Positions 49,557 through 61,674 of a DNA stretch of 64,000 bases are shown here, one piece after another. Made by a program: the position numbers and the translations under genes. The DNA comes from Patellaria atrata CBS 101060 (Eukaryota): NCBI GenBank assembly GCA_010093705.1, contig MU006117.1, positions 77,707 to 141,706 on the forward strand, in the 5' to 3' direction. Every line of letters starts with the position of its first letter. Positions within the stretch are counted from its first letter, which is position 1. Below the pieces are notes generated by a model. The model was given only the letters and a program-made list of their open reading frames with translations, made no database searches and was not told where the DNA came from.

Positions 49557-50338
49557 ATGGGTATGATTCGAAGTACAGTGGACCGACTAGATAAGCCCAG
49601 CTCATATACTGCTAATAAGGTACGTTATCTCTTGGTTACTCATACTTAATAGTATCTAACACTGAGTCTCTACAGAAACGTAGGCAGAAGTTCAATCGCG
49701 AGAGAGCCGGTGGTGAAGAGGAGAAATCTCGAGAGGAATCGCCCATTGAAGATAAATTAAAAGACGCTACCACGCTCTATGTCGGGAATCTGTATGCTCA
49801 CCTCCCTAATGCACCCGGAGTTCGCCCTTTCCTAACCATCCACTGACGGTTGTTAGTTCGTTCTACACAACGGAGGAACAGATTCATGAGCTGTTTGCGA
49901 AGTGCGGTGAGATCAAACGGCTAGTCATGGGTCTTGACCGCTTTCAAAAGACACCTTGTGGATTCTGTTTTGTCGAATATTACACCCATCAAGACGCGCT
50001 GGATTGTATGAAGTACATTGGGGGCACGAAGTTGGACGAAAGAGTCATCAGAACTGACTTAGATGAGGGTTTTGTGGAGGGAAGGCAATATGGGTATGTG
50101 AAATCTCTCATTTTCACATTGCAGGAATCATGGGATCTTACCTGTTGGTTGTACTACGAGGCACGATTACCTTGGAAGGGCTACATGTTTGTTACCTTAG
50201 GGTGGAAGTCTGTGCTAATGGATCTATAGACGTGGCAAGTCTGGCGGTCAAGTCCGTGATGAGTACCGCGATGAATTTGACCCCGGACGTGGAGGTTATG
50301 GGAGAGCAGTAGAGGATGATTATAGCGAGCGCAGGTAG
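49557..50338 (+). CDS. CBC2: Nuclear cap-binding complex small subunit (CBP20); 4 exons
   Basis: [49 protein letters not shown]...[40 protein letters not shown]. Confidence 0.96.
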
Positions 50339-51040
50339 GGTGGTAAAGTGACGTTATCCCATTTCTGACTTTAGGACGCTTTCATGCGAAGAGTATCAAG
50401 CACGGCGTTAGGCGGCAATCATGTTACTACTGTCCCTTCTAGGATATCCAATATCTAAATCAGCAATACGCTTAATACGGTAGCAGAGCACCAATTGGTA
50501 CCAGAAGATACCGGAAAGTATATTGTAATGCGATCACGGAAAGAGCAGAAGCGAGGCCGATGTACTAAAAATGCAAAGAGTGACCCGAAATCGTGGACCG
50601 TACTTTGCATTCCGTTCTTCCCGTCTATTTTAAGTAAACATGGCATTTGACAATAGAAGGGACGACAAGGATTCCCTAAGTTATAGGTCCCGTCTGCACG
50701 TAGAAAAACTTCACCCTCCATCTCATACCCTAGAACGTCATCTCTCCTCTTGTCTATATTGCTTGCATAGCCGCTAAGCGCGATCTGCAGCTTTGCCGCA
50801 GAGTTTAAATTTTTCAAGTCATTGTTTGTCAAGCCTTTAAGGAACCTCGTATTTTTCAACGCTATCAACAATTGGCAGTGTTGTCAAGTTGTACAGGGTG
50901 CTACGATTTATCATTATTTGCAAGCTGTAGGCCTATCATTCTACCTCGGTCAAGGTTCTCAATTAGCGGTCAAGCTCCCTTTAATAGAGCCAGTCTTCCT
51001 GCAAAATTCTCAATTGATTCCAATACAATCCATCCTCAAG

Positions 51041-52012
51041 ATGAAGCTACTCGTACTCGCCTCGTTACTCTGTTCCGCTACCGCTCAATACTGGAAAGGG
51101 ATGAACGTCGGGGCCAACAATCCAGACGGCTCTTGTAAATCCCAAGCAGACTGGTATTCCGTCTTCACCACTCTCCAAGGCCTTCCCGGTGGTTACAACA
51201 GCGTCCGACTCTATGCCACATCAGATTGCGATACTCTCGCGAACGCTGTTCCAGCGGCCATTTCGACGGGTATGAAGATCCTCGTTGGTGTTTGGACACA
51301 GGATAGAGCACACTTTGATCGCGAAAAGGGAGCATTGGAATGGGCATTGGGGAGGTATGGAAGCGATTGGATCCTAGCTGTCAGTGTGGGAAGTGAGGAT
51401 CTATACCGAAAGGAAACCTCTGCTGCCAGAATTGCTGAGCAGATCTACGATGTTAGGGGAATGATCAATTACCTAGGACATCCTAAGCAGGTCGGCCATG
51501 TTGATACGTAAGTCTTTCATATATGAATGTTCACCTCTAGCAGTACAAGATGCTGATTCTTTTCTCAGATGGACTGCTTGGGTTGATCCGGCAAACAGAG
51601 ATGTCATCACAGCCTGTGATTTCGTAGGGATGAATGGCTTTCCATACTGGCAAGGTGCTACCATACCACAAAGTTCAGATGTGTTCTGGAAGAGCTATGA
51701 CGATACCAAAAGAGCAGTCGACTCGGTAAAACCGGGCATTTGGATTTGGATGACGGAAACCGGATGGCCGGTGACGGGTGACAGTTTCGGTGCAAGCGTG
51801 CCGAGTAGGTCGAATGCTCAGCAGTTCTACAAGATAGTCGCTTGCGAAGCGTAAGTAATCCGCAGATCTTTAACACTACTACCGGCTCACGGATACTGTG
51901 CAGATTTAAAAGGGGTCATGTATTCTGGTATGCGTATCAAGACTACACTTCGAATCCGTCCTTCGGTGTCGTGGACGCCAACCGAAATCCTATTTACGAC
52001 CTCAGTTGCTGA
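51041..52012 (+). CDS. Secreted glycoside hydrolase family 17 beta-1,3-glucanase/transglucosylase; two introns (~51508-51568, ~51851-51903)
   Basis: Signal peptide MKLLVLASLLCSATA; VRLYATSDC, VSVGSEDLYR (acid/base Glu), HVDT|W, NGFPYWQ, MTETGWP (nucleophile Glu). No GPI tail; ends YDLSC*. Confidence 0.93.
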
Positions 52013-53648
52013 GGCATACGAGCGTCAGCTTCAACTCAAAACGGCACAAACTGCCGACTATCCCCACATCCGTGTACTTGAGAGGCTCTTGAGCCTTATA
52101 GACCTTGGCATAAGACAACTATATTTTAGGGGAAGGCTTGGTGTTCAGCCCTGTGTATAATTAGAATCATGTGCATCCTTTACCAGAGAGCCTCGAATCC
52201 AGTGACCAAAGTATCGCACGTGATGTTGATCTATATCCCTAAATTGTTCTTCACCAAGACGATGAACAAAGTCCAAGAGAGACTTGAGATGAATAGCCGT
52301 TGGGAGGTATAACGGTGTTACTCAAATGGTACTGGTACTCGGGTTTGCTGGATCGGTAAATATGGCCAAGAAATGATTTGAGCACTAATCATCCAGGGAA
52401 TTTTTTACGTTTTGCATCTCGAACGGCCTCTCCGGTTTGTTCACTGATTCATCTGTTCGTCATGAATTACGATCACAGATGATCACGACGATGCAATTGT
52501 TGGCCTGTGTTCGAATCATGCGACAAACCGTTTCCGTCGATATCCTATTTGCACCCGAATACCCGCGCCGGCATGCATTGCTGCGAGAGAGTATGATTTG
52601 AGAGCCTTGGCCTTCCGGTGAAGAATGCACAGAGATGTTACCCCTCGTCGAGATAACAAAAAATCAAATACATATCAACTGAATAGTGGAAAACAGGAAT
52701 GTTTACAAGATGAGGGGTGAAGGGTCTGCATATTTGCACCCATCTGGACCGCTTGAGATCCTCTCCCGCAGCAGATGTGAATGCACGGTATCCTCTTCGA
52801 AAGTGCTGTCAGACTACTAGACAGAGGATAAGAGAGCCTCAATCTAGCGAAGAGAATCAAGAGATGGAAGTACCAAGGAAGTCTATCCGTTTTCCAGTCA
52901 TACTGATTCAGTCAATTCATGGAAGTAGAAGCCATTATTGGTTCTTCTCTCGGAAAGCGGATGAGTTGGCAAAAGTCGCGCTTCTTGGGAAAAGGATCAA
53001 CAGATTGGAGAGAAGTCCAGAGAACTACGCTACCAAGCATTATCTTCCACCCCATCCGCATCCCCCTCATCCTTTGAACCACGAGGGCGGTGAATCCGAG
53101 TTGACCTTCAGCCCTGAGCCCCAGTGTAAACCATCCATCTGGGAATTTGATTGGTTAGGGGAGAAGGGAACTGCATATGGAACTCTAGACACACCGAGTG
53201 CTGCCTGAGGTGCTAAGACTTTCTCACACAGCGGGCCAAGCCGAAGTGGGATGTATCTGAGAACACTGATAGTTCTAATAATGTTTCAACACAACTTATC
53301 TCTTTGGGGGCCGGTGTATAAAGTCTCGTGAGGGCCCCTAGTTAAATTCGAGAGTATTGTATCCATTTCAATCCCGTGAAATTGCAATTATTCAATTGTC
53401 TTGTCATTTACTCATATCTCAAGACCTTATCATCCACCTACGCTTCGACAACTTTTATACCTCTACAATTGGACATCGTGTTACACATAACCCCTCGTTC
53501 AGCTGTAGACACAAAATAAGAGACATTCTTCGGCTCTTGATCACCTAAATCAGAGCAATTGTCCGATCGCAACAAAGTCTCATACAACATATCACTTGGT
53601 CTGTCATTATCCAAGTCAGACCATACACTTCTTCTGCGACAACCCTCG

Positions 53649-54155
53649 ATGGCTTCCAGACCCACAGCATCAGTCGCACCATCGTCCCTCAGTACAAGGA
53701 CTATCTCTTCGGACTCGACTACCTCCCCGCTCATGTCTTCCGGCTCTCCCACATCACCACAATCCCCTACCGAGCGCTCCTTCTTTAGCGCCATCTCCCA
53801 AAAAGTCTCACAAGCACGCACTCGCTCAAGGTCAAGGAACAGAGTAACACGTGACCGCTCCCGATCACCTCTCCCACCTACCAAGATGGATACATCTAGC
53901 TCCGCTACCGCACAGGCGGGCCCCTCCTCACCACGCCTTGAACAATCTAAGCATTACCCTCAGACTTTGCAATCGCCGACGACGAACGATAGTGAAAGGA
54001 AAAATCTCAAGCGGTACAGTTCCGACAGCAGCGAGTTCCACCATTACGGGCGTCATGCGAATCAGTGGCTATTTAATGATTTCAGCATTAGGGAGACGGC
54101 GAAGGGATTCTTTGAGAAAAGGGGGAGGAGTTCGAGGGAGGAAGAGCGTGATTGA
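53649..54155 (+). CDS. Ser-rich hypothetical protein with C-terminal YGRHANQWLF motif, ~168 aa
   Basis: ORF from ATG 53649; upstream TATAAA at ~53317; ordered C-terminal motif YGRHANQWLFNDFSIRE. Confidence 0.65.
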   Translation: MASRPTASVAPSSLSTRTISSDSTTSPLMSSGSPTSPQSPTERSFFSAISQKVSQARTRSRSRNRVTRDRSRSPLPPTKMDTSSSATAQAGPSSPRLEQSKHYPQTLQSPTTNDSERKNLKRYSSDSSEFHHYGRHANQWLFNDFSIRETAKGFFEKRGRSSREEERD

Positions 54156-54793
54156 TAGATAAATCACACCATACGGCAGTTGGCTTTGCTTGATGAGATA
54201 CGAGTAATGGTTATGGCTTTATCGGGATGGGATTGTCTGATTGATTTAGGCTTTCTTTATCGGTTTTTCATCTTCCAACTTAGGCTGGGTACTAAGGAGT
54301 CTTGATCATGGATTAAGAGAGGACAGGGAGATTTAGGTCGCATATAACGGCGCCTATTGTACAGTAGTAAATCTTTAAAGATCTTAATGAATTGTCCATA
54401 TCTCTACCGACTTACCTATACCTCGTTTGCTTCCTACCTGATGGTTTTGTTGTGAGGTGCGATAAGTCCTTCTATTGTTGTATAGTTTATAGCTATATTA
54501 AGATGGAATGTAAACATGTTCCCATCCGAAGAATGTTCTTTCGCCGCCATGTTGATTTTTCAGCAGAAATATAGTACGATGTACTTGGCGCAGGATGACG
54601 TTCGGTCTAAACTTCAAGCCGATAGAAAAAAGTTACTCCGCAACTTGCATATTTGAGGGAACATTTCTAAGCACCTACTGAGTCACAAGTCCAAGGCAAT
54701 TGTGGTGTCTTCCCCCTTTCCATCTTCTCTTTCTCCTTTATATAACTTTTTCCAATATCGAATCTCCCCAATCCAATCACACATCCCGCGATT

Positions 54794-56305
54794 ATGTCTG
54801 CCCAAACACCCCACCAACAGCCCCCGCGCGACTTCCCCGAGCGCGATGATGACGACGAAATGCTCGACCCTGCCGACGCGGAAGAAGAAATCGTCGACGA
54901 TGACGACGCAGCGATGGATTCCGGCGACGAAGACAACGACGAAGCGAACCTCGACCCCTCCGAAACCCTCGAAGAAATCGCCCTCCAAAACGACAGCACC
55001 GCCCACTTCGACGCCCACACCGACAGCATCTTCTGCATCGCACAACACCCCATCCACTCCTCGATAGTCGCGACCGGAGGCGGCGACGACACCGGCTATG
55101 TCTTCGACGGCACGCCTCCCCGGCGACCCCTATTACCCTCAAGCTACGAGAGTAATCCGCAGCCCGTGGAGAGGGAATCGATCAAACCGCTCTTCAAGCT
55201 AGAGGGACACACGGAGAGCCTAAATGCAATAACATACACACTTCCCAAAGGCGCATACTTAGCAACCGGAACACTAGACGGAGCTCTGAGGGTATGGGCA
55301 ACCGACCAGCCAGGCCTCCGCTACAAATTCCTCGCCGAAGCCAAAGAAGTCGACGAGATAAACTGGCTCGCACCCTGTCCGCACCCTTCCCACCCTAATG
55401 TCCTCGCCCTCGGCGCCGCAGATGGCTCCGTGTGGGTCTACAGCCTCAACATCGCCGACAAGGCTTCCCCCCTGACGATCCTCCAAACATACTACAAGCA
55501 CACCGCGCCCTGCACCGCCGGGGCGTGGACACCAGACGGCACCCTTCTGGCCACCGTAGCCGAAGACTCCAGCCTCGAAGTCTGGGACGTCTTCAGCGAC
55601 GCCGCGGCCGCCGGCATCGCGTCCCCGGACTCCCAGAGCGTAGTCAGCCTCAACGGAACAGACGAACGCTTCCGCGTCGACGGCGGCCTCTACAGCGTTG
55701 CCGTCGCACCCACCGGGGCCTTCCTCGCCACAGGCGGCGCAGAGGGCCAGCTCCGCATCGTCGGCCTGCCACGTCTCTCCGCCGGAACAACGACAGGGAC
55801 GGGCCAAACAGGCCAGATCCTCGCTTCCCTCCAGACCCAAAGCGACGGCATCGAAACCCTCTCGTTCTCCTCGCCGCCACTGAATCTCCTCGCTGCTGGA
55901 TCTGTCGATGGGTCTATAGCACTCTTTGACCATGCGCATCGTTTTGCTGTGCGGAGACATATCAGGGACGCGCATGATGGTGAGGCGGTTATTAAAGTCG
56001 AGTTTGTCCGTCCGGGCTCTGCGGCCACGACTTCCTCCTCCTCTTCGGCGCCGCAGGGAGGAGTACAACAGCTGGTACACGGAAATCAGACGTACATCCT
56101 CACCTCGGCGGGCAACGATGGCGTGATCAGGAGGTGGGATGCCAGAGGCGGCACCGCGGCGGCCGGAAACGGGCTCCTGGCCGAGTGGAGGGGGCATAGA
56201 GGCGGTGGGGAGGGCGGTGGGGTGTTGGGGTTTGTGCAAGGGGCAGGAGCGGTGGTGACGGCGGGGGACGATGGCGTTGCTTTGGTTTTTGAGGGGGGCC
56301 GGTAG
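54794..56305 (+). CDS. SQT1: WD40 ribosome assembly factor Sqt1 (uL16/Rpl10 chaperone), 503 aa
   Basis: Acidic N-terminus, LQNDSTAHFDAHTDSIFCI, ATGGGDD, GHTESLNA, multiple WD repeats, C-terminal VVTAGDDGVALVF. Confidence 0.9.
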   Translation: MSAQTPHQQPPRDFPERDDDDEMLDPADAEEEIVDDDDAAMDSGDEDNDEANLDPSETLEEIALQNDSTAHFDAHTDSIFCIAQHPIHSSIVATGGGDDTGYVFDGTPPRRPLLPSSYESNPQPVERESIKPLFKLEGHTESLNAITYTLPKGAYLATGTLDGALRVWATDQPGLRYKFLAEAKEVDEINWLAPCPHPSHPNVLALGAADGSVWVYSLNIADKASPLTILQTYYKHTAPCTAGAWTPDGTLLATVAEDSSLEVWDVFSDAAAAGIASPDSQSVVSLNGTDERFRVDGGLYSVAVAPTGAFLATGGAEGQLRIVGLPRLSAGTTTGTGQTGQILASLQTQSDGIETLSFSSPPLNLLAAGSVDGSIALFDHAHRFAVRRHIRDAHDGEAVIKVEFVRPGSAATTSSSSSAPQGGVQQLVHGNQTYILTSAGNDGVIRRWDARGGTAAAGNGLLAEWRGHRGGGEGGGVLGFVQGAGAVVTAGDDGVALVFEGGR

Positions 56306-56488
56306 CCGTTGAGGGGTTTGGGGGAAGTTTGGGCGGGAATCTGGGGGTTGGACTACGTCGCTAGAGTTCGGTATAGAAATATTATTCTAGGGAGTAGGGG
56401 AGGTGGATCAGCCGTCGATCGTGATCGGGAACCGTCATATCCACGTTATTTGGAAATCGGTACCCCGGGAGAGGGTAACCCGTCTATC

Positions 56489-56511
56489 TATATATATATA
56501 TATATATATAT
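56489..56511. repeat. (TA)n microsatellite
   Basis: About 11 TA units seen directly. Confidence 0.9.
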
Positions 56512-57492
56512 CTCGTTTGCCGTCTAACCCCTTGGGTCAATAGTTACAGAGGGTGGGCAGATCATGAAGATCACACGCACGGTCGGGTCATTACCTTAGG
56601 CGGGAACCATGGAATAGAATGGAATATGAACCCCCTCCATAGCAATCAATGTTAAAGGCTGTACTGTAACTGTAACTTTACTGTATTACACGTGATGACC
56701 GGCGCCGTGAATGACCGTCCAGTACGATCCACAGCAGCCAAGGCAGCCATAAGAGCTCGTACTTTAACGCCGGTACACCGTCTAACAAGTGTAGTGTACA
56801 TACGGCAGAATCCAAGAGTCAGACGTAAGCACAGCATCACAGTGCGTAGTGCGTATCACATCCTCAAAAGATGACGAAGATAAAATATCTGAATCGTATA
56901 AGTCGCCCTATATACATCCCCTCCCTGTCCACTCATTCACCTATCCACCTATCATATGAACAAAGAACCAGCAAAAAACCAATTAATATCAAAGTAATCC
57001 CACGGGCGCCTTGACCTACAGCGCCAAACACCTTACAAATAACCTCAATCAAAGCCCTAAAATATGATAATAAAAAAATAGAGTAAATAGCTTTTTCTCT
57101 AACGCGAGCATCGCATCTATTCTCTATTCCGGTGCCCAAAAAAAATTTGAATTTGATTCGAACTGTGCTGACGATGCCCGTTTCGTGAGGTTAATCAAAG
57201 ACACTTGAATCCGATGCCGCTAGATGCTTAGAACGAGTGCTGGAAATTAAGATAGAGAAAAAGGATTAATATGAAGGATATAGGATATCAATAGACAGAA
57301 GTACTATGTACGTCAAGACTTTTTCATCAACATATCGGAAGAGGGATTTCGTGGCAGTATTGGGATCAATAATGTGAGAAGTTTGAAAGGATAAAGTAGT
57401 TGAGTTGTATGTACAGTGCGATTTGTCGGCTTTAATGGTGGAGGGACTCGGTGATAACGCGTGTTTGAAACGAGATGATTGGTGTAATTGTA

Positions 57493-59560
57493 TCACCAAG
57501 TTTCCTAGGATTTCATCAGCGGCGATCACTGGAAACGGCGTTAAGGATTCACTTACGGCAATATACTGTCCGCCCTCCCTCTTCTGCTCCCAAAATTCCT
57601 CTGCTTCTTTCCTATTAATACCACCCTTCTCCATGACAACATCAATCAGCGCTTCATGTACTCCCTCACCCATACCTTTCGAGCTCCCGCAAACGAAGAT
57701 ACGCCCGTCAAGTGCGGAAATAACGAACCACACTATGTCTGCACGCAGTCTGACTTCATCTTGGACGTACTTTGCCTCTTTAGCATCGTCTGACTTTGTC
57801 GGGTCCTTCTTCTTGCGACTCTGAACGACCTTCTTAATATCTTGCTCGTGATCGCCAAGCTCGCCAGAGTAGATCTCGTCAAGATTGCTATCCCTGACGC
57901 CCTGCACCAACCAGATCTTGTTCGCGCAGTTCGCCTTCTTCACCCTGTTCAAGATGAACCCTCTGAAGGGCGCCATGCCGACACCTGCTCCTATCAGCAT
58001 CATCGGGCCATCTCCGCCGAACTGACTACTGAGAGGATTCGCCATAAGTCCTCTGAACATAGGCACACGGAGATCTAGCACCTCGGAAGCATTAATGCCC
58101 TCCTGCTCCGCTTCGATGAACTTGCGGGCTGTTCGTTCGAGAAACCCGCTCCCTACGCCAGTGCGTACAGATATAGGACCGCGCCAATCGGGTGTTTCAT
58201 GTATCGTAACAGCCATTTCGATCAAACGACGGCCGGGTTGCAGCCCTCCTCGAGAAGAAGAGATATGCGGGTCGTTGGAAAGAGAATAGAAGCGCGGCAT
58301 CAGCTGTGTGAGAACACTTAGAAGAGCAGGAAGAGGAGGCTTAGATGAGGGGAACGCGTGTAATAGTTGGTTGATCGTGATGTGAGGGCCGGTCCTCAAG
58401 TCACAGAAACTGGCTTGACCCTGAGCAGAGGTGAGGTGGAGAAGGATCTTCTTCTCGTTGGCCGCATCGGCATATTCGGCGAGGACACGTAGGAGAGGTT
58501 TGGTAGGCGGATTGCTAGAAATGTCCACTGTCCAGGTGAGGAGCTCGCGGCGGGTAGTCACCAGTTCACGTGGCTTCTCTTCTCCCCAGATTGTGGGCCA
58601 GCGACCGCCTTGAGTTTTGAGAGTAACAGGTTTATCGCGGACGAAAGATGGTATTCCTAGCTGGTCAAAAATGTCATCGACGGCTTCCGTAGGGTTGGGT
58701 GGGCAGATGCCAATGGCACCCCCAACTTTGAAGTCAAGGCCACCTTCCTCGGGATAGTCTGTTACATCGAGATCGAAGTGAAAAGTCCTCTTCTCCGCAC
58801 CAGGTTTGGTCAATTCACGAGCGTGGAAGACCGGTGCGGAGAAGACATCGTATGGAGGATGAGGCTGTACGTATTTGGGAGGATGTTTATGTACGGCAGT
58901 GACGTGCTTGGGTGCTGCACTAGAGATTGGGTCGAAAGACATAGTAGTCTCGGGGAGTGGTGTAATATTAGTAAGTGGTGTATCCAAACTGAGCGGGCCA
59001 AGCTTGAGATCAAGCCTCCGGAAAGCCTCGTTGTCGGGAAGGATGACGGGCAGAATCGGGGAAGACTTCGTGTCCGGTTCTAATGTCTCCACGAAGCAAC
59101 ACCCGCCGCCACAGCAGTACTTCTCAATGAGCTCGGTGCCAGTCTGCCCGTCTCCTAGAAGCCTTCGCATACCCTCTGCATCTTGTGATATGAGCGTAGT
59201 AGAGGCCCGTCGAAGCTTCGGTCTACCAATATCTACTGATGCCGCAGGTAGACCTTTCAGCCTGTCGACCAATTCATCTACTTGTTCGTCCACCTCAGTG
59301 TTCGGGGTAGATGGGGACTCCATGTCACTGGAATCGTAGTATCCCAACGACTCACCCGACGACCGAGGCGACTCTGTGTCTGTAGAATCATTGTTCAAGG
59401 AGATAGGTGCGAGGTGGTATTCAGGGAGGGTCTGTGGAGGCTCTCGAGGAATTGGATCGTCAGGATGGGAAGTTGCACTGGTAGGTATTGTGTGTTGGGA
59501 CCGATGTAGGTTTTGCATCATCGGTACAACCGAGGTGGCGAGATCGCCCGGTCGAGCCAT
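57493..59560 (-). CDS. FAD/NADPH-binding reductase (CPR / methionine synthase reductase-like FNR module) lacking the FMN flavodoxin domain, with N-terminal CCGGGCC; final intron 57556-57505
   Basis: PRFYSLSN (RxYS), GVGSGFL, MLIGAGVGMAPFRGF, KYVQD, IFVCGS. Splicing GTAAGT...CCTAG gives the C-terminus YIA|ETW*, with the terminal aromatic residue typical of diflavin reductases; the ORF track's longer tail is intron read-through. Confidence 0.88.
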
Positions 59561-59702
59561 TGGACGGCGAGCTGTGAAGAGCGAACAAATGTTAGATAGG
59601 TGAAATACATTAAGAGAGAGATGAGAATATTATAATAAGGAGCGATGAGACGAGGTGTCGTGAACCTTTCCCCCACCTTTACGGCGTACCTGTTCTCGTA
59701 GA

Positions 59703-59717
59703 GATTATCTGATAATC
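59703..59717. promoter_or_regulatory. Palindromic double GATA element GATTATC-T-GATAATC matching the SreA/Sre1 consensus ATCWGATAA on both strands
   Basis: ATCTGATAA at 59707-59715 (+) and ATCAGATAA on the minus strand; ~145 bp upstream of the reductase ATG; an extra GATAA at 59731. Confidence 0.6.
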
Positions 59718-61674
59718 GCGATTGTATGACGATAATCGCTTGCGGCGCACGGTAAAGTTAAAACTCCAACAACCCCTTCGAGAAATCCTGTTGAGAATGA
59801 AGGACGACACGTTGATCAAATAGGAGGAGAGTGGAGGGGAAGTGTCAGGACATGTGGTTGACTAAATATCAAATTGGTAAGGGATTTCCAACGTGTTAGG
59901 TTATGAGAGAATAATGAAGGGGTGGAGGTGAGGAAAGATCAGGAATTATCTTTTTTTTGGCTTCGAATTTAGGATTGCCGGGTATTGTGCAAGGGGAGAA
60001 GGGGGAGAAGGGCAGTTAATTCTACGGGCTTTTTGTTACGGTACCACGGTCTTCAGATTGTAAGGTAGAGATTGTGGTGCTTCGGTAGGTTTGCTAACAC
60101 TTTGTGGGTTAATTTTCCACTTTTTCCACCTTGTTGTGCCCCAAATACATCCGAACGTCACTTGATTGTGGTATAGTACCTAAAGTGCTTGATTGTCCGC
60201 CCGCTTTCACTTCGCGATCCCAACCCCTAAGCATCCCTATTATTCTCTAACTAACCCGATGATCAATCAATCTGCTGTTGCAGCTGATTATCACGCGTCT
60301 TTTCACCACTCAATGCTACAGTATTGCTGACATTGATGCTCATCACCGTTGTCATCTCGCTCATCGATTCTTAATCGATTGTAGATTTGTTTCAAATCAT
60401 CCTTGAATCTTCTGGTGTTTCTGACTGTACCTCGCCCTCCCCTTGACGGTAGATGGCACAGATGGGTGCATGCTTACCGTACCGAACACGCCTGCCCGCA
60501 TCGAAACCTGGTGAATTCTCCCTCGCACAAGGCCCTCGGTCTATCATTTTCATCAGACCTCAAATAGTCCAATGCTTTCAACAGCTACCTTACTTTAAGC
60601 TATGCTCATCACTGATCACTGACGATATTCTCTGCACAACTGCACATCTTTCTGCTCCGAGAACCGCTGTAACCCCTTGTTTTCCCGCCCCGTTGTGCCC
60701 GCACCGTCAGATCCCAGACACCCTCCGACAATGCCATCTATCCAATTATTGATGCAATTCCACCGGCCTATGGTTCCTACTGGATGACCTTCCTCAGGGT
60801 TGCCATGAGCCTCAGCCTGAGTCTTTGGGCTGCCGGAGCTGTTCGTACCGGCTTTGCGAAAAGCTCACCACATCCGGAACCCACCTTGATGCCTCCCCGC
60901 GCCAGAGGACTTCCACTTCCATCCAGCTGCTTGCCAGCTCGTGCTTTTCTTTTTTTTTTTCTTTACCTTGATTCGACCATCATTCACGGCGCGGTCTTTC
61001 ATTCCTTTTTGGAACCATGTCGCTACCGTATCGCTTTCGTTTTGATTATCCATTTCGAGGTAAATTCATCACGATATCTTGACTACATGCTGTACACACA
61101 TCTGACGACTGACAACACGGCCTTTGCAGCTCTCGTGCTGGCTGCAGCCACGGTGATTGAACCATGTCACTCTGGCTGTTTTGGCTCTTCAGCCTGCTTC
61201 GTACTCTGCATCTGTTGGCTTGCCCAGCCTCTGCATTCCCGTAGATTCCTTCACCGTACCTTGATATTTGAGAGAGCCTAGAGAGGTTATCTGGACGTCC
61301 CACAAGTCATCTCCGGCGAAACTCGAGATCCTTGCGAGATAAGATAATTTGCTCATCTCAATCAGCGCCAAAGCTTCTTGGTACTAACACCTGATGGGAG
61401 ACTATTGGATTCGATCCGTACTTTCCAGCTTTCGGAGAACGACATCTCATAAGAAAATTTTCATTTTGCAAATAATTATTCACAGTGCACCGGATAGATA
61501 GGAGAAGATTCTTTCACCAATGCCCGAAGGAGCACCCGCGAATCGATCCTCAACGCAAATGAATGGAACCACGTACTATTCGTTGATTTTGATCTCTAGT
61601 ATCCTCAATATCTCCTGCAACACAACATCACTGGTACCCATATATATATCAACAAAGTTATATCTTTCCGGTGC

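Noticed and set aside
50455..51040. 138-aa minus ORF and the upstream extension of the GH17 ORF
   Set aside because: Non-ATG starts and no motifs; the GH17 signal peptide begins at ATG 51041.
54667..56239. Long antisense and alternate-frame ORFs over SQT1 (e.g. 321 aa at 55274-56239)
   Set aside because: Expected shadow ORFs from high GC and codon bias; no recognisable motifs.
57266..57492. C-terminal extension of the 764-aa reductase ORF
   Set aside because: Read-through of an intron; splicing gives the family-typical ETW* end at 57493.
60453..61281. ORFs of 99 and 165 aa, and a possible TGA (Sec) read-through at 60750-60752
   Set aside because: No domain-like features, the ORF runs through a polyT tract, and ascomycetes are not known to have selenocysteine machinery.
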